A stretch of DNA of 64,000 nucleotides from a virus (IMGVR_UViG_3300031952_000005:32001-96000); one strand, 5' to 3'; shown: positions 46,883-55,634, counted from the stretch's first letter. Notes: generated by a model from the letters alone, not told the origin. Program-made: numbers and translations.

Positions 46883-49105
46883 TTATAGATTATTATATGC
46901 AACACCTTGAACATTTAAAGTTATAATTGCATTTTGTGCATTTAAAGTTAATATTGATTTTTTGTGAGTTGTTGTAATACTTTTTGGTTTACCAAAATAT
47001 GAATTCCATGTTACTAGTGCTAAATCTATAACTAGTTGACTTGTGTCTGCTATAGTAAAATCAGCATCGTCTATATATATATGTTGTACACCTTCCGCCC
47101 AAGTTTTTGTAGCATACTCTAAATCAGTAGAATTACCTCTTATATCAAAATAAAGAAGAGTAGATGGAATGTTGTGTATTTCTCCAGTAATAGTGTTTAA
47201 ACCTCTACTATCAAATACTTTTAATCCTAGAGCACTCATTGTTTGTAATGTTCCTGTAACAGCATTTTGACCTTGATTATCATAGAACTCTAATATTGCT
47301 GGCAAACTATTAATATTACCTGATGTAACTTGAAAAGGAGCTACATCAGTACTCAACGTTCCAGCACCCCAGTTTTGAAAAGTTTTTAAACTTGCTGGTA
47401 AATTTGCTATATCACCACTAGTAGTATTTTTACCTTTATTACTATAATAAGTTAAAGAAGTTTTATTTGTTAAACCAAAAAGATTTCCTGTTGTTGTTTG
47501 AAAAGGAGCAATCTGATCACGCAGGGTTCCATTTCCTTCATTTAAAAAGTACGTTATTCCAACTGGTAAATTACCTATGTCACCACTAGTGTAATTTATA
47601 CCTCTATTACTATAACTTGTTAAAGTAGGTTTTAAATTACCAATATTACCAAAAGTTCTATTAGCACCTTCATTAGCATAAGTAATTAATGTAATAGGTA
47701 AATCTTTTATATCACCAGATGTGGTATTATTACCCCTGTTTCTGTAAAGTGTTAAATTAGGAGGTAAGTCTTTAATATCTCCACTTGTGGTATTAAGACC
47801 TGTGTTTTCGTAAATAGTTAAACTACGTGGTAATGATATCATTGTACCAAATGTATTGTTACTACCTCCACAAATAAACGATTGCAATCCTGCAGGTAGT
47901 GCATCAACATTACCAGATATTTTATTAGAAATAGTACCAACAGTTGAATCAGTACATATAAATTTAGTTAATCCTGTGAATGCTCCTAGTTGAGCAGTAG
48001 TAAATGCTATACTATTAAATGTATTATCTGTTACTATAAAATTAGAAAACTCTTTGATATTTGCATTACCTAATGAACTTCTCATTCTTATTTCTCCAGT
48101 ATAAGCAGCACCATATGTATGAGATATAGTTATAGTATCTGTTGCAGTAGTATATCCTTCTATAGTACCATCACCCCAATTCACTAATAAACTAGAAGAA
48201 CTGGTAGAAAGTTTAACATCAAATTTATTTTCTTCACTACTTATTAATGATAATGGTAACAATGGACAAGTTGCTATGTTAGTAATTATGCCTGCTAGTA
48301 TTGTCACAACAATTATGTCTGAAACATTAGTATAATCTTGCACTTGATTATTAGGAATATACCAGTAATTCCCATTAGGAATAACCTCACAATCTGTTGC
48401 ATTCCATACAACATACGCAGTTTGTCCAACTGTCATGCTACCTGTTTCAAGTGCATAAGCAGAAGTAAAACCAGTAGTTCTAACTGCTTTATAATCAACA
48501 TATGCTGAACAAACTTGTTCAACAGTTCCACTAGAAAAAGGATAATTAGTTACACCATCAGTCCATGCGTATGCTAAGTATGATTGTAACGTTAAACCTG
48601 CAGGTCTAACACAACATTCTACTGTTTCTGATGGTGGTCCGCATGGTGTTCCTCCATTTAATGGTTGTTGAATAATTGTTCGAGTACGTGTTTTTTCACC
48701 ATCAACACATGGTCCAAATGGTCCCCATTCAGATTGTATACAATCAACAGGACATGTTGTTGTTTCTGTAAGTGGTGGACATGCTGGTGCACAAACACTT
48801 GGTTCTGTAATTGCTGTTCTAGTTCTAGTTTTTGTACCTGTTGCAGGATTACATGCTGACCATGCACTCCAGTCAGAAACCTGACAATTAGTTACACAAC
48901 AAGCTAAACTTATTGTTTTGAATATTTCGAATATTTCATATACAGTCATACCTGTTGTAATATTCAAACAAGGAATATCTGCACCTGTATATATTACACA
49001 TTTATCATCATGAGATGATGTACATAACGTATGTGAATAATCTGTACCTGGATATAATGGATCAGGACAAGGAACACAAGCAGTACAGTTGTTATTTGGA
49101 TACAT
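46883..49105 (-). CDS. Surface/adhesin-like virion protein, 740 aa: Cys-rich anchor, two thrombospondin type-1 repeats, PKD-like domain, LRR-like solenoid
   Basis: CQVSDWSAWSAC...TKTRTRT...C.P.C and CIQSEWGPFGPC...EKTRTRTIIQQPLNGGTPC; VNWGDG...SHTY; about 11 repeats of a ~22-aa unit NTTSGDIxxLPxxLxxYxNxGx. Confidence 0.75.
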   Translation of the reverse strand: MYPNNNCTACVPCPDPLYPGTDYSHTLCTSSHDDKCVIYTGADIPCLNITTGMTVYEIFEIFKTISLACCVTNCQVSDWSAWSACNPATGTKTRTRTAITEPSVCAPACPPLTETTTCPVDCIQSEWGPFGPCVDGEKTRTRTIIQQPLNGGTPCGPPSETVECCVRPAGLTLQSYLAYAWTDGVTNYPFSSGTVEQVCSAYVDYKAVRTTGFTSAYALETGSMTVGQTAYVVWNATDCEVIPNGNYWYIPNNQVQDYTNVSDIIVVTILAGIITNIATCPLLPLSLISSEENKFDVKLSTSSSSLLVNWGDGTIEGYTTATDTITISHTYGAAYTGEIRMRSSLGNANIKEFSNFIVTDNTFNSIAFTTAQLGAFTGLTKFICTDSTVGTISNKISGNVDALPAGLQSFICGGSNNTFGTMISLPRSLTIYENTGLNTTSGDIKDLPPNLTLYRNRGNNTTSGDIKDLPITLITYANEGANRTFGNIGNLKPTLTSYSNRGINYTSGDIGNLPVGITYFLNEGNGTLRDQIAPFQTTTGNLFGLTNKTSLTYYSNKGKNTTSGDIANLPASLKTFQNWGAGTLSTDVAPFQVTSGNINSLPAILEFYDNQGQNAVTGTLQTMSALGLKVFDSRGLNTITGEIHNIPSTLLYFDIRGNSTDLEYATKTWAEGVQHIYIDDADFTIADTSQLVIDLALVTWNSYFGKPKSITTTHKKSILTLNAQNAIITLNVQGVAYNNL
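47132..47926 (-). repeat. Tandem ~66-bp / 22-aa leucine-rich-repeat-like units
   Basis: Units such as NTTSGDIKDLPPNLTLYRNRGN, NTTSGDIKDLPITLITYANEGA, NYTSGDIGNLPVGITYFLNEGN, NTTSGDIANLPASLKTFQNWGA. Confidence 0.8.
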
Positions 49106-49138
49106 AATTAATCTAGTTTATGACAATGTGTATTATTA

Positions 49139-50794
49139 TTAAAAAGTTCTAATAGCACGAACAGCAGTAAGGTTGGTTTTGCTGTAGTCATTTGTAGAAC
49201 CATCGCTAAAATCTTGGTACCATACACCATTACTACTATCCTCAGAAGAACTCCAATAGTTAGAAGTACTAAAACCACCAATAGCAACTCTGTTTATATA
49301 CAATTGATTTAACTCATCTCTGCTTGGCAAATACCAATCATTATGACCACCTTCAACTAAATCTTTGCACAATTTAGCAGCAATACCTGGTTCAAAACAA
49401 ACTGCTACTATATCTTCAGTATTTTGATTACCAGTTCCTATTACCAAACCATCTGAACCTATAAGTGTACCCTCACATCCCCATTCTACACCTTCTGATA
49501 TATCTGCAACTGTTGCAATAAGTCCATGTTGTACATTTTCATTATACCCAGTGTCACCATCTTGCAAAAGATACGCTACTACACCACCATGTGCAAGGTC
49601 TCCTATTTCATAGTCTTTTACTAATCTTACTGATTGACCAACAAGTTTACCATTTCCTGTATATTGACATTCACTACCATAACTATTTAATGCTCGACCC
49701 TCTCCTACTGATGGATCAAGTATTGATTCTGTAGAAGTCCAATAGAAAGCAAAGTCATTAAAAAGAGTAAAATCAGTTAGTGTTCCTGATCGTAAACCAG
49801 TTGGTTGACCTGTAAATCCACTACTATTAGTTGCGCCTGTATTAGGTGTTGTCCAGCAACCATCACTTCCTTCTATTGTACCAATTGTTTTCATTTCCCC
49901 ACCTGCTACACTTGATCCTCCTAGATAATCTATTAACACGGTCCACTCTGCATCAGAAGGAACATGATATCCTAATGGAGCAAACTGTTTTCTTAGTAAT
50001 GGATCAGATAAAGATGCTGCATCATAGATACCAACTACTGCATACCAATTATACAATTTACCATGAATAGCTTCGTTTGCAGGATCATTATCAAAATAGC
50101 ACCATGCACCAGTTGTCAAACCATCCCATAATGTTTGGTCAGTTACTTCTGGTATTGATATACCATCTCTATATGTTACATTTACTGCATTACATTCTTT
50201 CCAAGTTTGAGTTCCAATCACTACTTCAGTTCCTTCACAATCAGGACAAACAAATGATGGAGTGGTAACCACACAAGAATCTCCCCAAGGTGTAAATGCT
50301 GTAGCAGCTCCTTTAGATCTCACTCTTATTGTATACGCTGTATTATATTGAGCACCTCCTGGAGTTTTAGTATATAAATCAAAAGTATAAGTACTTTCTG
50401 TTGAAACGAACGTTCCAAAATCAGGAATAGTAACCTCAAACTCATAAACTGTTGCACTTGCTACTGGAATTGCTTCAACAAGTTCAGTAATGGAAAGTAA
50501 TGTTTGATTACACTGAGAAGATATAACTTTAGTTAATACAGGTGGTGGTGCAGGAATACATGTTTCACATAACTTAACTGCCATATTTTGAATTACAGTA
50601 GTAAGATTCATATTTTGTGTAATATTTAAACAAGGTATTGCAACACCTGTATAAGTTACACAAGAACTATCATATAATTCTGTACACGCTGTTCCTACGC
50701 ACGCAGGAGGTGTAGGTGTAGGTATCGGTGGTGTCGGAGGACAACAATTATTGCAACTACCTCCTGTATTGCAATTTGGATCTATACATGCCAT
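49139..50794 (-). CDS. Receptor-binding/adhesin-like protein, 551 aa: Cys-rich anchor, FN3-like, Fib_succ_major domain and DUF1566 (Lcl-C) domain
   Basis: IGTQTW...GAWCYFDND...GKLYNWYAV...GYHVPSDAEW...YWTST...SVRLVKD (Fib_succ_major); YEIGD...GGVV...DWYLPSRDEL...YWSSSE...VRAIRTF (DUF1566). Confidence 0.8.
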   Translation of the reverse strand: MACIDPNCNTGGSCNNCCPPTPPIPTPTPPACVGTACTELYDSSCVTYTGVAIPCLNITQNMNLTTVIQNMAVKLCETCIPAPPPVLTKVISSQCNQTLLSITELVEAIPVASATVYEFEVTIPDFGTFVSTESTYTFDLYTKTPGGAQYNTAYTIRVRSKGAATAFTPWGDSCVVTTPSFVCPDCEGTEVVIGTQTWKECNAVNVTYRDGISIPEVTDQTLWDGLTTGAWCYFDNDPANEAIHGKLYNWYAVVGIYDAASLSDPLLRKQFAPLGYHVPSDAEWTVLIDYLGGSSVAGGEMKTIGTIEGSDGCWTTPNTGATNSSGFTGQPTGLRSGTLTDFTLFNDFAFYWTSTESILDPSVGEGRALNSYGSECQYTGNGKLVGQSVRLVKDYEIGDLAHGGVVAYLLQDGDTGYNENVQHGLIATVADISEGVEWGCEGTLIGSDGLVIGTGNQNTEDIVAVCFEPGIAAKLCKDLVEGGHNDWYLPSRDELNQLYINRVAIGGFSTSNYWSSSEDSSNGVWYQDFSDGSTNDYSKTNLTAVRAIRTF

Positions 50795-50795
50795 A

Positions 50796-51461
50796 TTATG
50801 GTATAGGATTAGTTGTTAATATACTATTTAAACTTGAAGATGGTGACTGACCACATTTGTATATAGAAGATATGTGAAGTACATATTCTTCATCTTGTAC
50901 TATATTTGGACTTGTTATATTTAAAGTATTTGGTGTACCATCTACTTCAAGAGTTGATTTTGAATAAATAGGATAACTAAAAGTAGTATCTGCAAGTGTG
51001 TAAACATTAATACTATATCCTGTAGGAGATTGTATATCAGGAACACTTGATTTACTCCAAGAAATATCAGCTGATGTAGTTCCAATTGTATCAACAGTTA
51101 AATTTTCTGGAGCTAATAACACACATGCAATAAGACTTCCACTATTTGTGACTTCTATAATCTTGTTTCTCATGTCTGCTATTGTTACCCATAAATTTGT
51201 TATAGAGTCACCTATATTATTTACACTAGTTAACCATCTTGGTAATGCACTCATCGGGGATGAAGTATTCATTAACTGTGGTAAGTTAGATAAGTTAGGT
51301 ATCTGTGCAGTTATGCCATTAAATAATGAAGTAGTAGTTCCTATTGCAGATGTTAAATTACAATAGTTTCTTTCAAATGTAAAAAATGCATTTTGTATTA
51401 GTACTTCTTGTCCAGGTGTACCACTTGATGCACATTGAGATATAATGTAAATATTATCCAT
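50796..51461 (-). CDS. Virion protein with C-terminal FN3-like domain (start re-assigned to ATG 51461)
   Basis: APENLTVDTIGTTSADISW...GYSINVY...EEYVLHISSIYKCG.S is FN3-like. ATG 51461 follows the upstream gene's TAA directly, removing the overlap in the ORF track. Confidence 0.55.
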   Translation of the reverse strand: MDNIYIISQCASSGTPGQEVLIQNAFFTFERNYCNLTSAIGTTTSLFNGITAQIPNLSNLPQLMNTSSPMSALPRWLTSVNNIGDSITNLWVTIADMRNKIIEVTNSGSLIACVLLAPENLTVDTIGTTSADISWSKSSVPDIQSPTGYSINVYTLADTTFSYPIYSKSTLEVDGTPNTLNITSPNIVQDEEYVLHISSIYKCGQSPSSSLNSILTTNPIP

Positions 51462-51463
51462 TA

Positions 51464-51688
51464 TTATAGTGTATTTATTTTTTCTTGAATTGTTGTTAAT
51501 GAACACGCACTGCTCATTATACATTCACATGCTTCCATTTCAGTTGCACGAATTAATAAATTGCGCAAGTCATCAGCAAAATCAGCATCAATAACAGTGT
51601 TACAGTTTTTAAAACCATACCTCTTTTGCTTGTATTTTGCGTAAACACTTTGAGCGTATACTTGATTAATTCTGATTAGTGGAGTCAT
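51464..51688 (-). CDS. Small hypothetical protein, 74 aa
   Basis: Tiles between neighbours with an ATGA overlap upstream; 4 Cys. Confidence 0.6.
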   Translation of the reverse strand: MTPLIRINQVYAQSVYAKYKQKRYGFKNCNTVIDADFADDLRNLLIRATEMEACECIMSSACSLTTIQEKINTL

Positions 51689-51852
51689 TTGTTATTATCG
51701 TTATTTAATTTTTCAGTAGCAAGTTTTTGCTCATTGGCAAGTTGTTGTTCGTATTGTGCAAGACAACTTGCACATACACTTGCACCATTCGATGCATTTC
51801 TTTGTTGACATTCACAACTTAAAGAAGTTTTACAATTGTTACATTGAGCCAT
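51685..51852 (-). CDS. Cys-rich microprotein, 55 aa (absent from the ORF track)
   Basis: MAQCNNCKTSLSCECQQRNASNGASVCASCLAQYEQQLANEQKLATEKLNNDNNK*; CxxC, CxC, CxxC; its TGA overlaps the next ATG (ATGA coupling). Confidence 0.75.
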   Translation of the reverse strand: MAQCNNCKTSLSCECQQRNASNGASVCASCLAQYEQQLANEQKLATEKLNNDNNK

Positions 51853-51869
51853 ACAATTTTTATTTAAAA

Positions 51870-52454
51870 TTAAACGTTACATGATACACAGCATCCAGTA
51901 AGATATTTAGAAAGTAATGTTTCTGCGTAGTTATACATTTCTATAGCTTGTTTAGGAGAATTACAATATTCTGCTTTTGCTTTTGCAGCATCAACATACA
52001 TTTTAATATATCTTAAATCATGCAATTTTTGATGTTGTTCTGCAGTAGGTTCACACGCTTGTAATTGTACTTTGCAAATTTCTCTATAATAAGTATTTAC
52101 TAAATGTGTTGTTCGTAAATGATAGCATTCTACAAATACTGTTTCATTTGGTGATACACTATATTTTATAGTATACAGTCCATCAGGAAATATTCCAATA
52201 GGTTGATCATTAGCAGTAATTCCTAAATCAGTAGTAGAAAAGTTTTTTACAAATCCTGGATTTAATGTCTTAGGTGGTATTGCTGTTGGATCAGGAATAT
52301 AGTAAATAGGTAATGCAAAACCAGGTAGATATATATCAAGTCTTGGACAATCAACTGCCAATCCTGCACCGTATACAGAAGCATCCCATATTCTTATAAT
52401 ATTTTCGCATGCAGTTTCTGGTATATCTAATGCGAGTGTATGTTTAATTGCCAT
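51870..52454 (-). CDS. Hypothetical structural protein, 194 aa
   Basis: PDGLYTIKYSV beta motif, helical C-half, ends GCCVSCNV; first gene after a terminator and promoter motif. Confidence 0.55.
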   Translation of the reverse strand: MAIKHTLALDIPETACENIIRIWDASVYGAGLAVDCPRLDIYLPGFALPIYYIPDPTAIPPKTLNPGFVKNFSTTDLGITANDQPIGIFPDGLYTIKYSVSPNETVFVECYHLRTTHLVNTYYREICKVQLQACEPTAEQHQKLHDLRYIKMYVDAAKAKAEYCNSPKQAIEMYNYAETLLSKYLTGCCVSCNV

Positions 52455-52480
52455 AAGTGATTCAGTATTAATATCATTAC

Positions 52481-52496
52481 TACAATATGAATTTAC
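52481..52496 (-). promoter_or_regulatory. Putative phage late-promoter motif GTAAATTCATATTGTA
   Basis: Directly downstream of the terminator at 52508-52548 and upstream of ATG 52454. Confidence 0.55.
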
Positions 52497-52507
52497 GAAA
52501 AATAATT

Positions 52508-52548
52508 AAATAAAACAAAAAGAGGAGACAAATTAATATCTCCTCTTT
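52508..52548 (-). terminator. Intrinsic (rho-independent) terminator
   Basis: Minus strand AAAGAGGAGA-TATTAATTTG-TCTCCTCTTT followed by TTGTTTTATTT, just after the 543-aa gene. Confidence 0.8.
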
Positions 52549-52567
52549 AGTGTTTATATACTTATGA

Positions 52568-54199
52568 CTACGGTAACAATGTGAATTTTGTATCGTAGTT
52601 GTTAGCAGTTTGTAACCATTTAGTTATACCTTCTTCCAAAGCAGTCAAACGACCAGTTGCAGTTGGTACAAAAATTCTGATTAAGTATTGATCATTATCC
52701 ATTGTTCCAGAAGGATTACTCTTACGAGGAACACTGTGTAACAAGTTGTAAATAATATATTTACTTGCACGAGTTACTTCTGCAAAAGGACTATAATCAA
52801 GAACTTCTCTCAAACGAGGATCTTGTTGCCATGGTTCTTGTTGGTATCTTTTAGCAAGAATTAATTCTCTAATAAGAGTTTCACCAAATCCTCTACCTTG
52901 GATTGCTTGTTGAATTTCAGCAGGATTAAAACATTGTGCTAAACATTGATTTCCTAATGGATCCATTGCAGTAACAGAAGCATAAATTTCAATTGGTTGA
53001 TATTCTACGTGATCTCTAGGAGCAAAAGAACAATCACCAAATACAGTATCTACATAAGCACCTACAATTTCTAAGAAAGACTCAACAGTATCAGGAGCAC
53101 TAGCACCTGTTAGTGGAGTATAAGTAGCAGTTGTAATTGATTCATAAATTTTAGTTACAGTACCAGCAGTAGTAGTAACATTACTAATTGCAGTACTACC
53201 ACTTGTAGTTTGAATTGTGTTAGCAGCAACTAATGCGACAGCACCAGCTCCAGTAGCAGCAGTGTAACTAGCAGCAACATAAGCAATTACAGGAGAAACA
53301 GAACTAATAGTTGCAGAAGCAACAGTTTGAGAAATGTTTACAGTAAATGTAGAACCAGTACCCCCACCACCAGAAACTCTAGATACAATAGTTGTACCAG
53401 CAGCAACACCTGTTCCAGTAAGAATTTGTCCTACAGAGAAAATTGTGTTAGTAGCAGTACCTACTGTAAATAAATTACCAGCAATACTTGAAGTAGTTGC
53501 AGAAGTAGCAGTAGTTGGTGTAAACACAACTCTGTCATTTGCAGCAATACCAGTTCTTTCAGTCATTGTTAATGCAGCAGCTGCAGAAGCAGTAGCTGTA
53601 GCAGCAACACCAGAAACCAATACACGATTCCATACAGTTCCTTGTACAAAATCTTTTACAGTTGGATAAAGAGCAAGTCTATCTGCCCATCCTAACAATA
53701 CAATATTTGGATCCACATTGTTTGAACTTGCGTCACAACATCCTGTGTCAGCATCAAGTGTGTAGTAAGCATTGTGAGTTAAGAAACGCAATGCAGGAGA
53801 ACCTTTAAGATCCAATCTTAATCTGTAAGTAGTGTTACAAGTAACAGCACATCCAGCAGTAGCAGATATTTGTTGAATATCTTGAACAGGATTAGATGGT
53901 TCAGATACAGTAAATGAACTGATGTACTTAGGATTAATACCTTTAGATTTTACAGACTCTTTGTAACCACCATGAAATGGTCCAAGTTTGTCTACAGTGT
54001 GAAAACTACCTTGTGCTAAGTATGCAAGTGGAGTCACCGCATAATCAGGAGAAGCAGTTGATAATACAACTGACGCGTTGGTCGTTGCACTAATTAATGC
54101 AAGTTGACCTGCAGTTAATGCAGAACTTGCTGTACCAGCTGTTGCAACTAAAGAGTTAGCAACTAGAGCCTTCTGGTAGGCATGTGGAAAATAAGCCAT
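52568..54199 (-). CDS. Abundant structural protein (auxiliary capsid / decoration-type), 543 aa, with Ala/Thr-rich inserted domain
   Basis: Follows head genes and ends at a terminator; conserved-looking N- and C-terminal parts (SVKSKGINPKY; QGRGFGETLIREL...DPRLRE...LHSVPR) flank an Ala/Thr-rich insertion. Confidence 0.55.
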   Translation of the reverse strand: MAYFPHAYQKALVANSLVATAGTASSALTAGQLALISATTNASVVLSTASPDYAVTPLAYLAQGSFHTVDKLGPFHGGYKESVKSKGINPKYISSFTVSEPSNPVQDIQQISATAGCAVTCNTTYRLRLDLKGSPALRFLTHNAYYTLDADTGCCDASSNNVDPNIVLLGWADRLALYPTVKDFVQGTVWNRVLVSGVAATATASAAAALTMTERTGIAANDRVVFTPTTATSATTSSIAGNLFTVGTATNTIFSVGQILTGTGVAAGTTIVSRVSGGGGTGSTFTVNISQTVASATISSVSPVIAYVAASYTAATGAGAVALVAANTIQTTSGSTAISNVTTTAGTVTKIYESITTATYTPLTGASAPDTVESFLEIVGAYVDTVFGDCSFAPRDHVEYQPIEIYASVTAMDPLGNQCLAQCFNPAEIQQAIQGRGFGETLIRELILAKRYQQEPWQQDPRLREVLDYSPFAEVTRASKYIIYNLLHSVPRKSNPSGTMDNDQYLIRIFVPTATGRLTALEEGITKWLQTANNYDTKFTLLP

Positions 54200-54232
54200 T
54201 TTATAAAATATTTAAGGTTAATAATACATTTA

Positions 54233-54673
54233 TTATTTAAGGAACAGTAGTTTATATTTAACACTGTTCAGTGTACTTTTGATAGTGTCAAGATCATTTA
54301 TGATTTCACTATATGGCATAATTGCCTGTAATGAAGTAACTTGTTGATATAAATCTCTTATATAAGATAATGCTTCTTCTACAGAATTCAAAATTCTTGG
54401 AGCAGAATCTTCATAATTTAACAATTTTTCACAAGCACCCTGAAATCCTTCTGCTAAATCATCAGCATGCCCAGGCATTGCATCATATAATTCATTCAAT
54501 GCTTTGTGAGAAGCAAATGAACCTAATCCAGTTACTTTTAAATGTAACTTGTGAAAACTTGTACCAGCATTCATAAGTTCACTTACTAGTGAACCAGTTT
54601 TGCTTTCAAGTGATGAACCAGCAGAACTTGTCACACCTGGTTTTTTTAATTTATAATTTCCTGCAAAATCCAT
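54233..54673 (-). CDS. Dps/ferritin-like four-helix protein, 146 aa
   Basis: FHKLHLKVTG.GSFASHKALNELYD...ADDLAEGFQG matches the Dps-type H-x-x-H...H...ELY...D-x-x-AE ferroxidase signature. Confidence 0.7.
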   Translation of the reverse strand: MDFAGNYKLKKPGVTSSAGSSLESKTGSLVSELMNAGTSFHKLHLKVTGLGSFASHKALNELYDAMPGHADDLAEGFQGACEKLLNYEDSAPRILNSVEEALSYIRDLYQQVTSLQAIMPYSEIINDLDTIKSTLNSVKYKLLFLK

Positions 54674-54677
54674 ATGT

Positions 54678-55388
54678 TTAATTATTTATTGTTGCATTTT
54701 GTTTGTTTCTTTGATATTGATTCATTGATTCAATATCACCAGCAAGTATTGAACATGCTTCATCGATTATTAGTTCAACAATGTCATCTTTAAATTCACA
54801 ATTGACATTTACAGTAGTAACAACTCCAGTGTTTGGATTTACACAACCTACAAATGCCACATCAAGTGGTTTTCTAAAATAATACAAAACAGGTCTATCT
54901 ATTGTAAACTGACCATTTGTGTATATTTTAATTTTATTATTCTGTATAGTGCAAATAGTTTCTCCCCACTCTACACTAGGACTTCTAAAATTATCAGATA
55001 ACAAGTTGTCAATATCACCTACTTGAGCAAGATATGTAATCATTGGTCGTGGTGTAGGACAGCATGTAGAAATTGAATTTACAGACAGTCTTTTAAAATA
55101 CAAATAATCAACTGGTAATACTGCAGTTTCATAATACAAAGGAAACGCTGTTGCTGACCATGTAGTTCCAGTATCTGTTATCATCAATTGAATATCATCA
55201 ATATTCATCTTGGTAGATTCATCACCTTCCTTAGCTTGGTTGTGTCCATGAATTTGTCTGCGAAACCATTCTAGTTGTGCTTTATTAAATGCTTCAGTAA
55301 CCTGCCAACACTCGATATTATCATAATCGAGTGAAGCAAGTTTGTTCAACCTTTGTTTTATTTTTATTTGTAATAAACTATTTGTCAT
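54678..55388 (-). CDS. Head-tail connector / ring protein, 236 aa
   Basis: IKQRLNKL.S.DYDNI, FNKAQ, LP.DYLYF, YFRKP motifs; conserved position downstream of the capsid gene in crAss-like phages. Confidence 0.55.
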   Translation of the reverse strand: MTNSLLQIKIKQRLNKLASLDYDNIECWQVTEAFNKAQLEWFRRQIHGHNQAKEGDESTKMNIDDIQLMITDTGTTWSATAFPLYYETAVLPVDYLYFKRLSVNSISTCCPTPRPMITYLAQVGDIDNLLSDNFRSPSVEWGETICTIQNNKIKIYTNGQFTIDRPVLYYFRKPLDVAFVGCVNPNTGVVTTVNVNCEFKDDIVELIIDEACSILAGDIESMNQYQRNKQNATINN

Positions 55389-55391
55389 TTC

Positions 55392-55634
55392 TTAACATTT
55401 CCATTTTTTTAACGCCAATGCTTTTCTTGTTGGTTCTCCATTTGGTTTTTTCATAGGACCAGATACTCCAGACATTCTTGCACAAAAAGATTCTTTTCTA
55501 GGACCACCTTCTGGTTGAGGTGCTTTTAAGTTAGAACCAGGATTTGCTTTGTTGTAAGAGTCTCTTCCTTTCTGATTTAAACCACCAGAAGGAGATTTAC
55601 CTTCTTTTCTTGTCCATGCAAGTGTCTTTGCCAT
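55392..55634 (-). CDS. Small basic protein, 80 aa (DUF6321-like)
   Basis: AWTRKEGK.P.GGLN.KGR.SY...NLKAP...SFCARM.G...KALALKKWKC pattern common in aquatic phages. Confidence 0.65.
   Translation of the reverse strand: MAKTLAWTRKEGKSPSGGLNQKGRDSYNKANPGSNLKAPQPEGGPRKESFCARMSGVSGPMKKPNGEPTRKALALKKWKC

Noticed and set aside
46883-49105. Eukaryotic or giant-virus origin of the whole window because of the TSP1/LRR domains and GG motifs
   Set aside because: Terminase-portal-MCP order, crAss-like RNAP, intron-free operonic genes and uniform AT-rich composition indicate a bacteriophage.
51462-51524. Overlap or programmed frameshift between the 74-aa ORF and the 242-aa ORF
   Set aside because: An ATG at 51461 directly after the upstream stop explains the arrangement without overlap; no slippery site needed.
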